Origin: Octopus vulgaris
Taxonomy: Eukaryota
Reading direction: 5' to 3'
Length of the DNA stretch: 64,000 nt
NCBI GenBank assembly: GCA_951406725.2
Contig: OX597837.1
Span: forward strand, 5,394,001-5,458,000
Shown: positions 16,640-31,220 of the stretch, piece by piece
Layout: each line of letters opens with the position of its first letter
Position numbering within the stretch: the stretch's first letter is position 1
The notes under the pieces: model-generated
What the model saw: only the letters and a program-made list of their open reading frames with translations
What the model was told of the DNA's origin: nothing
Database searches by the model: none
Position numbers and translations under genes: made by a program

Positions 16640-17228
16640 AATCTAATATTTTTGCCACAAGGGCAGTTTGGGGGAGGGGATTAAGTCGATTACATCACCT
16701 CAGTGCGTAACTGTACTTATTTCATCGACCCCAAATGCATAAAAGGCAGAGTCGGTCTCGGTGGAATTTGAACTCAGATCGTAGCGGCAGACGAAATACC
16801 TATTTCTTTACTACCCACTAGGGGCTAAATACAGAGGGGACAAACAAGGACAGACAAACGGATTAAGTCGATTGCATCGACCTCAGTGGGTAACTGGTAC
16901 TTTTTTAATCAACTCCGAAAGGATGAAAGCCAAAAGTCGACCTCGGCGGAATTTGAACTCAGAACCTAGCGGTAGACGAAAAAGTGTCCATTTCTTTACT
17001 ACCCACAAGGGGCTAAACACAGAGGGGACAAACAAGGACAGACAAACGGATTAAGTGGATTACATCGACCCCAGTGCGTAACTGGTACTTAATTTATCGA
17101 CCCCGGAAGGATGAAAGGCAGAGTCGATCTCGGTGGAATTTGAACTCAGAACGTAGCGGCAGATGGAAAAAATACCGCTAAGCATTTCGCTCGGCATGCT
17201 AACTAACGTTCCTGGCAGCTCGCCGCCC
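16640..17228 (-). mobile_element. SINE family B (Nin-domain-like) as a tandem multimer: one head, about three bodies
   Basis: Minus strand GGCGAGCTG head, GAGTTCAAATTCC B box, GCCTTTCATCCTT.CGGGGTCGATAAATTAAGTACCAG Nin-like block, repeated about every 185 bp. Confidence 0.8.
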
Positions 17229-18044
17229 CAATAAAAAAAAAATAATAATAATAATAACAACAACAACAACACCAACAACAATAATACTGCGGCTGCTGAT
17301 GATAATAATAATGGAGGAAGGTGTTTCTTAAATGCTTTTGGTCAAAATCGTTCGTTATTTTTTCTGTCAAACCGAGACGTTTTTATTACGCAATACTGTT
17401 GAATATCATATGACATTCTATAAACTACAGCACCTCGCCTTTCCTCACATTCAAATGCAATCCAGTTTATTAACCTTGTAGCTTTTGGCAAATTCTTTGA
17501 CTGAAAGAGAGTTCTTTAGCATTTTTCAAAGAATTTCTTGAGCAAAACTTTCTTTCAAATGAATATCAAGAACTGTAACCAACTTGCGCAATATCTTTTT
17601 GCAAAATTTCTTTATCTCGATTCCCAGAATGGATTATTAAGATAGCATTGTATTTAAGAATGTGAAAGACGCCATGGTTATGGAGAGAAGAAAAAAAGGA
17701 AAAAGACGCTTAAGAAGAAAAAGACAATAGTTTTGTTAATAACATATTTAATGCAGGAAATATTAAATAGCTAAAAGCATGTGCGCGCGTGCGTGTGTGT
17801 GCGTGCGTGCATGTGTGTGTGCGTGCGTGTATGTGTGCGTGCGTGTGTGTGTGTGTGTACGTGCGGGCGTACATATATATATATATACACACATATATAC
17901 GTGCATATACATATATACATACATACATACATAAAATTATACATTCACATACAAACACATAAACACACACACCCATATATATATACACACACACACACAT
18001 GCACATACATACACACACACATATATGTACACACATATATTTAT

Positions 18045-18110
<66 letters not shown>

Positions 18111-18753
18111 GCACTCACACATTTATAGGGAGGAGATTCACAAACAAAAACAGAGAGATAGAAACACAGATAAATATATAGATTGATAGGACATAGTGAG
18201 GGAGAGGGAGAGAGAGACGGGGATGGAAAAGTGAGTAAGATAGTTAGAGAGACAGAGAGAGAGAGGTACATAGTTCGAGTGAGAGAGAGTGAGAGAGAGA
18301 GATAGAGAGACAATTTGAGGGAGAGAGATGGTCAGTGATAGATAAATAGATAAATAGACAGGTAGACGACAGATAAAGAAATAGATTGATAGGTACGTTA
18401 ATATATAGCGAGTAAGAAAGATGATAGATAGATACATAGATAGATAGAGAGAGTGAAAGACTGAGTAAGAGAGAGAGAGAGTGTGTGTGTGTGGGTGTGG
18501 GTGAGAAAGGAGAGAGAGTGAGAGAGAGAAAATTAAATAATGGAAAATATAGAACGAATTTATCTGACAACTCACTATATATGTATATAGACCGACAAAC
18601 AGACAGACAGGTAGATATAGTGAAGTAGTAAGTATTAGAGTCCCTGGATGATAAATTGAGTGAATGAATGAGTGAATGAATGAGTGAATGAATGAGTGAA
18701 TGAAAGAATGAGTGCGTATACTTACGAGTAGGTGTGTGTAGGAATGAGTGACT

Positions 18754-18790
<37 letters not shown>

Positions 18791-18946
18791 TAAATGAAAA
18801 AGTGAGCTAGTACGGTTTTGAGAGAGACAAAGAGACAGCGATATAAGCAGAGACTTATCGACGGAGACAGAAATATACAGAACAGCATATTGAGAGAAAG
18901 AGAGAGAGGGGGGAGAAATATGATAGATGCGATTGATAGATAAATA

Positions 18947-19326
18947 CAGGGTGATTCAAAAGTCTCCGTACATAAGAAAAATTGATTTTTTAAAATAAGA
19001 AACAGGTTTATAAGATCCCCTAGATCCCCTGATCTGACCTCTCGTGATTTCTATCTTTGGGGTCATTATTTGAAAGGCATGGTGTATCGCGATAAGATAA
19101 AAGACATGAATCATTTGAAGGAACGCATCACCAACTTCTTTGCACACGTATCACCGGATGTGCTTATTACGAGTCCACAGTGAATGGGGTAAACGTATTG
19201 CAATGTGTATTCAAAACAAGGGTAACTATACAGAGCCTGTTAAATATAAAATGAAACTGTTCTTATAAGCTGTTTCTTATATAAAAATAAATTGTTCTTA
19301 TGTATGGCGACTTTTGAATCACCCTA
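18947..19326 (+). mobile_element. Non-autonomous Tc1/mariner element (rosa/maT-like deletion derivative)
   Basis: TA-flanked TIRs of about 65 bp (CAGGGTGATTCAAAAGTC.CC.TACATAAGAA); internal PRSPDLTSRDFYLWG..KIKDMNHLKERITN transposase C-terminus. Confidence 0.85.
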
Positions 19327-19665
19327 TAGTTTGGTCGATAGATAGACATAAAAGCAGACAGCTATACAGGAACATAGATTCTTAAACAGATAAATAGAAT
19401 GAAAATTAAATAACCAGTAACAAAGATGGATAGATAAATAGGTAGGCTGGTAAAAGTAGCTTTGTGTATTTTATGCTAAAATCAAAATTTAATTATAAGT
19501 ATTTATTCTCCGAGGAAACAATAAACAATATTATTCTTATAATTTCACCAAATAATAAGGGAGACAACACCGAGCATAATTCTGTCGCATTATTACCTCA
19601 TTAGCAAACAATAGATAAGAATTTATATAAGTGTTATAGAGAAATAGAAATATTAAGAGACAAGA

Positions 19666-19690
19666 TCACCTGGGGGCGCCATCTGCTTGG
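19666..19690. promoter_or_regulatory. Two overlapping opposite-strand CTCF-like motifs
   Basis: + TCACCTGGGGGCGC and - CCAAGCAGATGGCGC share the central GCGC, in otherwise AT-rich unique DNA. Confidence 0.4.
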
Positions 19691-20174
19691 TAAACAATTG
19701 TCTAGTGTTGCTGTAATTACAACGTTAAAACGTTAATTAGACGAAAAAAAAATAATGCTGTGAGGGGAAACAAGCGAAATTATTTAATGATCAGTATTAT
19801 CTACATGATTATAGCGTCGCCTATCAAACAAATGATAAATTTAGAAGTTCACTTTTGTTATCAAAGTATAGCATACGATAAACGTCACCCTTTTCAAGCC
19901 TAGCCAGGCTCATGGGCCCGGTTTCCCGGTTTCTGTGGCGTTACTCAAGAAACAGGAAGACAGAGTGAGAGAAAGTTGTGGTGAAAGAGTACAACAGGGG
20001 TCGCTATCACCCCTTGCCGGAGCCTCGTGGAGCTTTTAGGTGTTCTCGCTCAATAAACATACGCATTTCGAGCTGCAACTATGTACAGGTTCAGTCACTA
20101 GGCTCATTATATCCAATAACATATGATTTTCTCATATTTACTGTGTTACAAAACATGTATAGAAATAGATATAC

Positions 20175-20217
<43 letters not shown>

Positions 20218-22155
20218 CATATCATTTAAATATATATGAACCTGTCTAGATAAGCAACTATAAGAATCAGAATACATACATAAAGCAAAACATACAAATC
20301 TACACATATACATACATACATACATACATACATACCTACATACATACATATATAAAAACAAAAATACCCTATTGTTGATGTTAAAATTCCAATGAAGATG
20401 CCTGGAATCTAGGTTAGAAACCGGCAATTTCTCAATTGGCAAGAAATGACATACATACATACATATATGACATACATGCATACATATACAATGACATACA
20501 TACATATAAAAACAGAAGACTGGAAAAATTTGGTACATTTTTAATTTCATGTTACACATGTTTCATAACAATACGAATCACATTACCAAATGCTATATAG
20601 ATCTCATTCAAAATAAAATCTCTATATACATGTATTTGAGTAACGTAAACAGATGTGTTTCATGTGGACTCAGCTTGAACCCAGTATATGCATATATGCA
20701 TGCATAAATGTATACTTACCCACAAAGAAAGAAAGAAATCAACCGGTTAATACTCATTTGACAAATACACTCTGTTAGTCTGAGTTTTTAAGTTACCTTC
20801 TTGAGCCATACCGACACATTCTGGTTTCAAGATTTCATGGCGCATATATTCCCCAACTGGATGAGACACTGGCCTGTCGCAAGATTACTCAACTGAGTAG
20901 ACTGTAGCAACGTGAAATGTAGTGTTTTACTGAAGAACATAACGCGTCGCCCGGTTCAGGAATCGAAACTACAATCTTACGACCATAAATCCAAAACATC
21001 CCCTGACCAGTAAACCACGCGCCCCCACAAACTATAAGTGGAACAGTAAAAATATGCAAGACTTTTGTTAAGTAGTAAAAATGTCAATTTGTTCCTTTCT
21101 TTATCTACATTCCAAACATGGAGCTTTGTATCTTTGTTAGAAACCAGCGCCTTTCTTACAAGACTTCGTGTATTTAAAGGCAGAAAAGAACACAACACAT
21201 CTATGCATGTACACATGTGTGTATGTGTATATGTATGTGTGTGTGTGTGCATGTGTGTGTATCTATTGGGATGTTACTAAGCTTCATATAATCCCCCATA
21301 TCGGCAAAATTCCTTTATATATTTCGTAGCAGGCTGTAAATAGTCATTGAAATAAAAGTTAGCGAACAAACTTCATTCTTTTTCTAAAAACATCTTATCG
21401 GAAAAAACTTCGCAAATATACAAACATACTTGCGTATACGTATCTACGTGTGTGTAAGTGTATGTGTAAGTGTAAGTATTTATGCGTGTGTCTGTGTGTG
21501 TGTGTGTGGGTGTGTGGACTATTTATTTAATAACGAGAAAAACAAAGCAAAGTATAATACAAAATAGAAAAGAAAAAAGGAACGATATTGAACCGGCAGA
21601 TTTTCCTATCTAATTCTCTTTCTCTATCATCGTATAGCTTCTTTATAATTTTCTTTTCTGTATTATTCGCCATCTCGTTCGTGCTTCAGCTGCTTCGTTC
21701 CTTCGTGTTTCCTTTCTTCACATCTTTCATTCACTAACTCACTCCTTCACTCACTTATACGTTCTTTCATTCTCTCTTTCTTTCTCTCTCTCTTCCTTCC
21801 TTCCTCTTCGGTGTTTTCATGACGCAGCAACTTTTAAAAAAAAGTGTAACCTTTGCTCTTACATCTATACATGACCTTTTTGCTGGTTCGGTAACAAATT
21901 TCAGCCGAAGTAATGTAACCGTCAGAGCGGTTTTAGATCTCGTTGTGTTTTAAACCGTTCGCACAAACAAAAATGGCGACCGACATCAAACGGAAGCTTG
22001 AACCGAGATCGATCGAATTTTTCTACTTCCCGCTAAAAACACTCCCCCACTACACCCAACACCATTACCACCACAACTACAGATACCATCACTACCACCA
22101 CAACCCAAACCACCGCCACCACCATCACTACTAAAGCAGCCATCTTAACTATCTT

Positions 22156-22218
<63 letters not shown>

Positions 22219-22222
22219 AATA

Positions 22223-22282
<60 letters not shown>

Positions 22283-22473
22283 GCAGCTGCTGTTGCTGCT
22301 GCTGCAACTAGTGCTATTATTATTGCTGCTGCTGCTGCTGCTGTTGTTGTTGCTGCTATCAAACAGCGAGCTATAGATAGGACTGACTTTAGTGTATGAA
22401 ACACCATAATCTGTATACGTTCACAAACTAGCTGATATATCAGTTCTCGCCTATGTTATATATTATATATTAG

Positions 22474-22584
<111 letters not shown>

Positions 22585-22588
22585 GTAT

Positions 22589-22621
<33 letters not shown>

Positions 22622-23487
22622 CGTATGTATATATATATATGTATATACATATATATATATATACGCTTTCATACATCGTATACGTGTATATATATATATA
22701 TATATATATTTATATCTATATACACATATATATATATATATATATATATACAAATATATATGTATACACACACACACACGCATATATATATATACATATA
22801 TAAGGCAGTATTGATATACATGTACAAACACATTTACACACGCACACGCATACATATATACACATAGATAGATACATAGATATTGATATATATAATATGA
22901 GTATGCATGCATGTAAGTATATGTAGGCGCATGTATATACATATGTGCGTGTGTGCGTATGCATGTATGTATATATATATATGCGTATATACATGTGTGT
23001 GTAAGCATGCTATTGTGTTTGGTTGATGAACATAAAACATTTTTTCATCATCTCTCATTCAATGTCTTAGATGATAATTTAGCATCTTGCCTTAGAACTT
23101 CATATTTAATAGTCGATTTTTATGATATATTTATATGAGAGCCATAACCAGTGAGGTCGTAAAGGGGCACCACTTGAAACAGTTTGTCTTTATGGAGCGA
23201 ACGTATCTAGGCTAACTATATACATAAATATTTATATACATACTGTTTATATATATATTATTTCTAGATGTTTTATATGTATGTATATATATTTGTGTGT
23301 ATACATCTATGTATATACATGCATAGATACAGAAATGTATATAATTATATGTGAAAGTGTGAGCGTGTGTGTATGTGTGTGTGTGTGTGTGCGCGCGTAG
23401 GTGTGTACCTCTCCCCATCTCCAAGAACTTATCTCCTATGCGAATTCGAACCTAAAAATACTTGAAATGAACGACGTTGTGCAGGTC

Positions 23488-23549
<62 letters not shown>

Positions 23550-24070
23550 TAGATAGGGAGAGGGACAGAGAGAGAGCAAAAGAGAGGGAACCCCAGAGAC
23601 ACAGAGAGAAATGAAAAGGAAGGAGAAGAAAAGCGAGGCTGATATCAAATTCTGAACTTGTTTCGTCAACCTGCTAGAAATAGCAGTGCGATCCCTCTTA
23701 AATCGAAAGTGCTGTCTTAAAGAATGGAAAGATGTATCAGATAATATATAATATGATTCATAGTGTCTGACGAGCCTAGATTACAGTCTTCATCTGGTTG
23801 CTGGACCTTTAGAAATAGCAGAGAATTCACCCTCAAATCGCTCGTATAGCATTTAAAAGTAGATTAATGTAGTCCTATATACACTGTGTCTGAAATAGCT
23901 GTGAAGTCTACGTCAAGCAATACTCTCCTGCTTGAGAAGGAAGAAATGGTTTAGTTAAAGAAGTCTTAGATAAACTATGTTTTAAATGGCGATTATATTT
24001 ATCTGGAATTGCGTACTGTTGTCTTAAGCAGTATTGAGAAGACACGTTAGATAACATGGTCCTAGATGTA

Positions 24071-24609
24071 CGAAGGTGAGTCAAAACGTAAGGCCATTTT
24101 GTTTAGGACAGGTATAATTACCAACACAGGAACATGTATCATACATCAAAATGAAGCTTGTTTTCTGTGGATCACATCCCTACTTCTCAACATCGTCACC
24201 GTTTCTCTCAATAGCAATGGTCCACCTTCGAATGAGAGCATGTATACCTGACCCGTAAAATGCTGTTGACTGTTCTTTGAACCACTTCTTCACTACAGTT
24301 TTCACTTCCTCCTCACTGGACTATCATCGTGACTGGACTATCATCTCTTCGGTCCCACGAAAGAGGGTTTGAGAGGCAAACATTATTCCAGTGATGAGGA
24401 AGTGAAAACAGTCAACGGGATTTCACGGGCAAGGTATACATGCTCTCATTCGGAGGTGGAACATTGCTATTGAGAGAAACGGGGACTATGTTGAGAAGTA
24501 GGGATGTGATCCACAGAAGACAAGCTTCATATTGACGTAAGATAATGTTCCTGTGTTAGTAAATATACATGTCCTAAACAAAATGACATCACTTTTTGAC
24601 TCACTCTCG
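24071..24609. mobile_element. Palindromic mariner derivative built from two inverted 3' ends
   Basis: TA-CGA.GGTGAGTCAAAA ends on both sides; arms of about 250 bp each encode the mariner C-terminus (SSDEEVKT..GIHALIRRWNIAIERNGDYVEK*); centre carries DYHLFGP. Confidence 0.85.
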
Positions 24610-24714
24610 TAGTTTAGCTGAAAAACAAACAAATTTCTTTCCAGTAAAACCAGGATAGTCAAACATTTTAGAGACACTATGTCTGAAAGATTTGCCAAAT
24701 CTCCCTTAAATTAT

Positions 24715-25130
24715 ATTGGTTTCAACTTTTGGAACAATGTCAGTAGGTTTTGGAGAAGGGGCTAAGTTGATTAAACCATCACCAGTCTTTAAATGATACA
24801 CATTTTATCGAAACCGAAATTAAACAACGCAAAGTTGACTCCAATGGAATTTGAACTCGGAACCTGAAGACAGACGGTATGCCGGCATGCTAACAATTTA
24901 TTCTTATTTCTTTATTGCCCACAAGGGGCCAAAGATAGAGGGAACAAGCAAGGACTGACAAATGGATTAAGTCAATCACATCAGTGCGTAACTGGTACTT
25001 AATTTATCGACCCCAAAAGGATGAAAGTCAAAGTCAACCTCAGCGGAAATTGAACTCTGAACGGAACAGTAGACGAAATACAACTAAGCATTTCGCCCGG
25101 CGTGCTAACGTTTCTGCCAGCTCACCGCCT
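24715..25130 (-). mobile_element. SINE family B copies
   Basis: Match to the family B body and head. Confidence 0.7.
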
Positions 25131-25698
25131 ACTATTAAGTTACATTGCAAATAATACGTAAGCCAGTCCATTCCTCTGGAGAGGAGGATTTTATTTATCG
25201 ACCCAGGAAGGATGAAAAGCAGTATTGATATCGGTTATATTTGAACTCAGAATGCATATTTTCAGAGGATATACGGTAATGTATTTCGTCTAACTCTTTA
25301 ACGACTCTGACAAAACGGAACTTACGCATATTGGTTTGCATAGCATTATCTCATTTCTCCTAACTGGAACCGCCTCCATGCTTTCAGATAACTGTTATAT
25401 TGCAAACCAATAAGATCCTTTTGGAGCATTTCATCCAATCAGAGCTTGTTATTACATAAAAGCATTTTCACTGTATATCAATCATTATAGGTCATTTTAG
25501 ACGCATAGTCTTTAATAATCTATCGGAGATCGAAAACAGCAATTTGGGAAAAAGAATATTTATTTAAGGCGGTCGTTCTCAACTGGGGTCCTTATGACTC
25601 TTTGCGGGGTCCATAGAGGATTTGGTTGTTAAAATTTATGTGCTGTAAATTGGTTATTCTTCTACCATACAGAAAATATTTTAATTTTGTTTTTATAG

Positions 25699-26100
25699 TT
25701 GCAAGCGTGGCTGTGTGGTAAGAAGCTTGCTTCCCAATCACATGGTTCCGCGTTAAGTCCCACTGCGTGGCACCTTGGACGACTGTCATCTACTATTACC
25801 TCGGGATGACGAAAGCTGAAAGAAATCCATGTGCGAGCGTTTGTGTGTGCGTGTGCGCGCGCGCGTGTGTGTGTATTTGTGAGATTGTCTCCCACCAACC
25901 ACATGACAACCGGTGCTGGTATGTTTATGTCGCTGTAACTTAGCGGTTCGGCATAAGAGATCCGACTGAATAAGTACTCGGATACAAAATGAAAATAAAA
26001 ATTAAAAAAATAAGTACCGGAGTTGAGTCATTCGAGTAACAATTCTTCAAGGCAGTGCCGTAGCATGGGCGCGGTGTAATGACGGAAACAAACAGAAGAC
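25699..26100 (+). mobile_element. SINE family A, apparently nested in an old hAT-like MITE (about 25570-26245)
   Basis: Family A head and tail; flanks GTTCTCAACTGGGGTCC and ATTGGGAAAGATTG resemble degenerate CAGTGGTTCTCAAC-type TIRs. The MITE call is weak. Confidence 0.65.
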
Positions 26101-26456
26101 ATAACACAGAATATACAATTCTTAATATTTAATTATTAAAATATAATAGGATTTTTAAACATCGAATTGCTAATAGGGTCCAGTAGAGTAAAATAAAGAA
26201 CAAAGGGAGCCACAGGGGAAGAAAATGATTGGGAAAGATTGGTTTGATGTTTTCTTAGTCACTCACTGAAAGGAAAGCATGATCATAGTAGGAATGCCTT
26301 ATACCATACCTTTTTCCTTAATAAGGTCTCACCTCGGACTAAAATATTGGCTTCAAATTTTGGAACAAGGCCGGTAATTTCAGGGGTAGTGTTAAGTCGA
26401 TTACATCGATCCAGTGTACCACTGGTACTTTTATCGATCTCAAGGTATTTTTCCAG

Positions 26457-26505
<49 letters not shown>

Positions 26506-27519
26506 TCACTGCCTAGAATCGAAGTCGGAATCTTGGGGTTAGTAGCTCACGCTCTTAACCACTATACCATATGCCTGTTGGCAATTAGGGAGTGACCTTT
26601 AGGGCTTATAAATCTATTTAACTGGTACTTTAGCGACCATAGATGTGGTTTAAAAGCAGAGAAGATTTTTACAAGATACACTCTTGTTGACTATAGTCAA
26701 TTCTATGAATGTGTATGAATGTCTATAAGTGTGTAAATGTGTGTGAGAGAAAAAGAGAGAGAGAGGGAGAGAGACGGGGAAGAAGGGAGAGAAAGAGAAA
26801 GAAAGAGAAGAATCAATTCCTATAATTAATTGGTACTTTATTTATCGACAGGAAAGCGATGAAAGGCAGAATCGATCTTGGTAGATCTAAACCCAGATCA
26901 CAGACAAACCGGTGCAATTATGAAGCATGTGAGACTACAAAACAATAATATCAAAACGCATTTTCCTCGACGTTGATTAGAAATATATTGACGATAGTGG
27001 ATTCTTTGAAAAGAAAGACAAGAAAAAAAACAAACAAAAACAAACGAATGGATAAAAAAACAAAAACAAAAAAAAATCTTTAGGTGGCGTTTGGGTCTTT
27101 TGCGTCTAAGTTCAAAATACTACAGAGAAGAAATCTGATTTTTATTTATCGATGGCTCAATAAAATGATGACTCATCTCGCATTGGTTTGATGATGATCA
27201 AATAATCAAATAGATCGATCACCGATACTCGTTGGATCGTTTTGTAAGCGGCTCAGTATGTCTCAAAATCTTCTGTTATGAATCTAATGCGGGTGGGTTT
27301 GGGGTAGATTCAGATATACACTATGTAGGTAATAAGGCTGGTCTCCTCCAGTTTCTGTTATCGCGTGATTGGTAGAATATGGTACGGATGGTTCTTCTGG
27401 CAGAACCATCGTGACACGAATGTATCGTAACAAGAAATTAGCTTGAAAATCAGTCTCTCTATTTCACTCTGTGCTTGAGAAGGTTCGGTCATCTATACCC
27501 CAGCGGTTTATGTCGTCGA

Positions 27520-27755
27520 GGTGGCGAGCTGGCAGAATCGTTAGCACGCCGGGCAAAATGCGTAGCCGTATTTCCTCTACCGTTATGTTCTGAGTTCAAA
27601 TTCCGCCGAGGTCGGCTTTGCCTTTCATCCATTCGGGGTCGATAAATTAAGTACCAGTTACGCACCGGGGTCGATGTAATCGACGTAATCCCTTTATGTG
27701 TCTTCGTTTGTCCCCTATGTGTATAGCTCCTTGTGGGTAGTAAAGAAATAGGTTT
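27520..27755 (+). mobile_element. SINE family B monomer
   Basis: GGCGAGCTGGCAGAATCGTTAGCACGCCGGGC head plus Nin-like block and tail. Confidence 0.85.
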
Positions 27756-28616
27756 AAGTTATCGAAGCCGCCAAATTAAACAATGTTATTGGTAAGTATC
27801 GAAATCGTGATGGCTATCTGGTCGCTAACTGATGAAGGAAGCAGCATGCTCATGTCCATTGTGCATTTCTTCCTGTTTTATTCGTACGATTCTGTGCCGT
27901 CCCCTACGGCGTATAATCATTATTGCATACCCCACACGCTTATGTATATATGTAAACCTCCACCGCTGACAAGAAGATTCAGCAAGCTCTAGAGAGTGCA
28001 ATGGTGAACCGGTTCACCATTACCATTTCTCGGATCACTGCTCCTTGTTCTTCTTTGACTCACATTGCTAGTGGAGTGGCCGTGCTTACACTGTAAAGCC
28101 AGAAAGAAAAATGGCAACATCAGGTTCAAACTTCGATCACGTGATCACAATGTACTAACTAAAAGCACGCATGCGCAGAAGGCAGTGTAAGAATAATGAA
28201 GATATGTTATGGCGAAAATGCGGATAATTTTTACTTCCTCTCGTATATATATGTATGTATATATATATATATTTATTTTTCTTCTGTTTTCCCTTCTCTG
28301 GATGTTTCCTTCTCCTATGTTTCCGACGAAGAGCTCCGCTCACAACGTTAAACCCTCCTTCTTCCCTTTCTTCCTGAGCGTCCAATAATACTATATTTGT
28401 TCCATGTCCTCGGGTTGTTGTGTTTTCTCTTTGTGTTTTCATGTTTAGATTAACTTTATATATATATATATATAATTATAATTAAGGGTATCAAAGAGAT
28501 ACCACCATGCTAGATATAGTAGCCAAAACTTGACCCTAAAACCACATTAAATGTTCATACAGCACCAGGAGAGAAGACAAAGAGACAAAATAAACTTGTA
28601 AAGCATTTATTGGATA

Positions 28617-28675
28617 ATTCCAGATCCCGGATTTCTGACTCTGCATAATAAATGCTTTGCTTTCATCAGCGGAAT
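28617..28675 (-). ncRNA. Hammerhead ribozyme candidate within a TA-flanked short element (about 28475-28692)
   Basis: Minus strand ATTCCG-CTGATGA-[imperfect stem II, GCAT/ATGC]-GAAATCCGGGATC-TGGAAT: 6-bp stem I, AUC site; base of stem II is weak. Confidence 0.5.
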
Positions 28676-28695
28676 ATACGCTAAATACTACATAA

Positions 28696-28732
<37 letters not shown>

Positions 28733-29004
28733 ACATACGAAAACTTACATATAGGTGCATATATATGTATGTATACGTGCGTATATGTAAGTATTCGTAT
28801 GTTGAATATATATATATATATATATATATACTTTTTGAAACATTATTTGACATATATTAGCAATAATCAGAGAAGTTCATTACTGTAAAGCAGAGGGAAA
28901 ATAATGTAATTTAACATATAAGAATGTATATATACACAAATGCATACACACCTACATACACGCATACATGCGTCTCTCTCGTTCTCACTCTATATGTATA
29001 TGTA

Positions 29005-29068
<64 letters not shown>

Positions 29069-29149
29069 AATATATATATATATATGTAGATATATATTTA
29101 TTTACCAAGAACAGTTAATAACATTAATATATATATAACTATTAATAGG

Positions 29150-29199
<50 letters not shown>

Positions 29200-29464
29200 C
29201 ATATATACATGTCTGTGTGTTTATAAATATATCTGCGTGTGTTTATACGTATATATGCATGTACTTGTATACGTACATAACATTTCTTTTCTAAGTTTCC
29301 TTACCTCGAAAATAAATAAGAATGAGTTAGCGTCATATTCTTTACGGATATTTAATGCTTACATGAGAGGTACATGTTTGATGTTTGCCGGTGCATAATG
29401 GCGGAGATTGATAGGGCGGATGTATATAAATAGATGTGCATATATACAGGGATACATGTATGTA

Positions 29465-29536
<72 letters not shown>

Positions 29537-29871
29537 CATATATATGTATATATGTATATATATATATATATGTACATACATACAAATACTTATGTTTGTA
29601 TGTATTTATATGCGTGTTTGTTTGTGTTTGTATGTGTGTGTGTGTGTGTGTGTGTGAGTGTGAGTATGCAAAGAGCGAAAGAGAGATAAAGAGTGAGGTG
29701 CGCACGTGTGATTTATCGTTCCGCTTTGACCGATTAGACGTCAAGCGCTTATTTCTGTTAAATATTTCCTGTAGATCTAAACAAGTTCTTTTTTCTTTGA
29801 TATACACGCATACATACATACATACCTACATACATACACACATACATACATTACACACAGGCCTGCCTGTA

Positions 29872-29930
<59 letters not shown>

Positions 29931-30117
29931 GTGTGTGTGTGTATATATATGCTTATATATGTTATTCTGTGTATGTATGACTGTATTTATGTATATAAAT
30001 ATGTATTTTTATATGAATATATCATACTATATATGTACATAAATATATATAGATATGTCTTTCTCTTCCTATGTCTCTCTAATTTTATATATATATATAC
30101 ATATATATGATAATATT

Positions 30118-30243
<126 letters not shown>

Positions 30244-30562
30244 TATTTGAAGTCTTTTGCGTTCATAAATCTTTGGAATGCAAGACACAAGGAATTAAGT
30301 AAAGATTGAAGAGAAGAATGATACGAAAGACCGAAGAAAGGAAGACAGAAACAAAAGAATAGAAGAAAGGAAGGAAGGCAAGGCGGAAAGAAGTATGGAA
30401 TCCGTCCACGAAGTAAGGTTTGAGGAAAATACAAGACAGAAAAGAATTTCTTTATATCATAAAGAATTACAAAAGGAAAAACAGAAGGAATGGAATAAAC
30501 GTTATCAGTGGCAAGGGAAAATAAGTTCTGCGAAGCTAGGCGAGGAATATAAGAAATAATGC

Positions 30563-30607
<45 letters not shown>

Positions 30608-30621
30608 TAATAATAATAATA

Positions 30622-30669
<48 letters not shown>

Positions 30670-30682
30670 ATTATAATAATAA

Positions 30683-31100
30683 TGGTTTCAAATCTTGCCA
30701 CAAGAGTAACAATTTTATGCGAGGGGTCAGTTGCTTAGATCGACCCCCAGTATTCACTTGGTACTTATTTTATCTACCCCCCCAAAAATGAAAGTCAATG
30801 TCGTCTCTGGCGGAATTTGAACTCAGAATGTAACTGCAGACGAAATACCTATTTCTTTACTACCCACGAGGGGCTAAACACAGAGGGGACAAACAAGGAC
30901 AGACAAACGGATTAAGTCGATTATGTCGACCCCAGTTCGTAACTGGTACTTATTTAATCGACCCCGAAAGGATGAAAGGCAATGTCGTCTCTGGCGGAAT
31001 TTGAACTCAGAATGTAACGGCAGACGAAATACATATTTCTTTACTACCCACAAGGGACTAAACACAGATAGGACAAACAAGGACGGACAAACGGATTAAG
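30683..31100 (-). mobile_element. SINE family B tandem bodies (inverted partner of 31221-31805)
   Basis: About two ~185-bp units on the minus strand. Confidence 0.8.
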
Positions 31101-31220
31101 AGACTACCCCAGCCAATATGTGGAAAGCTATCTCTCACATCGTTCGAAGTACGGTTTATTATATTGTGCGTCTTGTTTTCATGGCAGAGGACAGAGTGAA
31201 CTGGTTGCACAAACATACTT

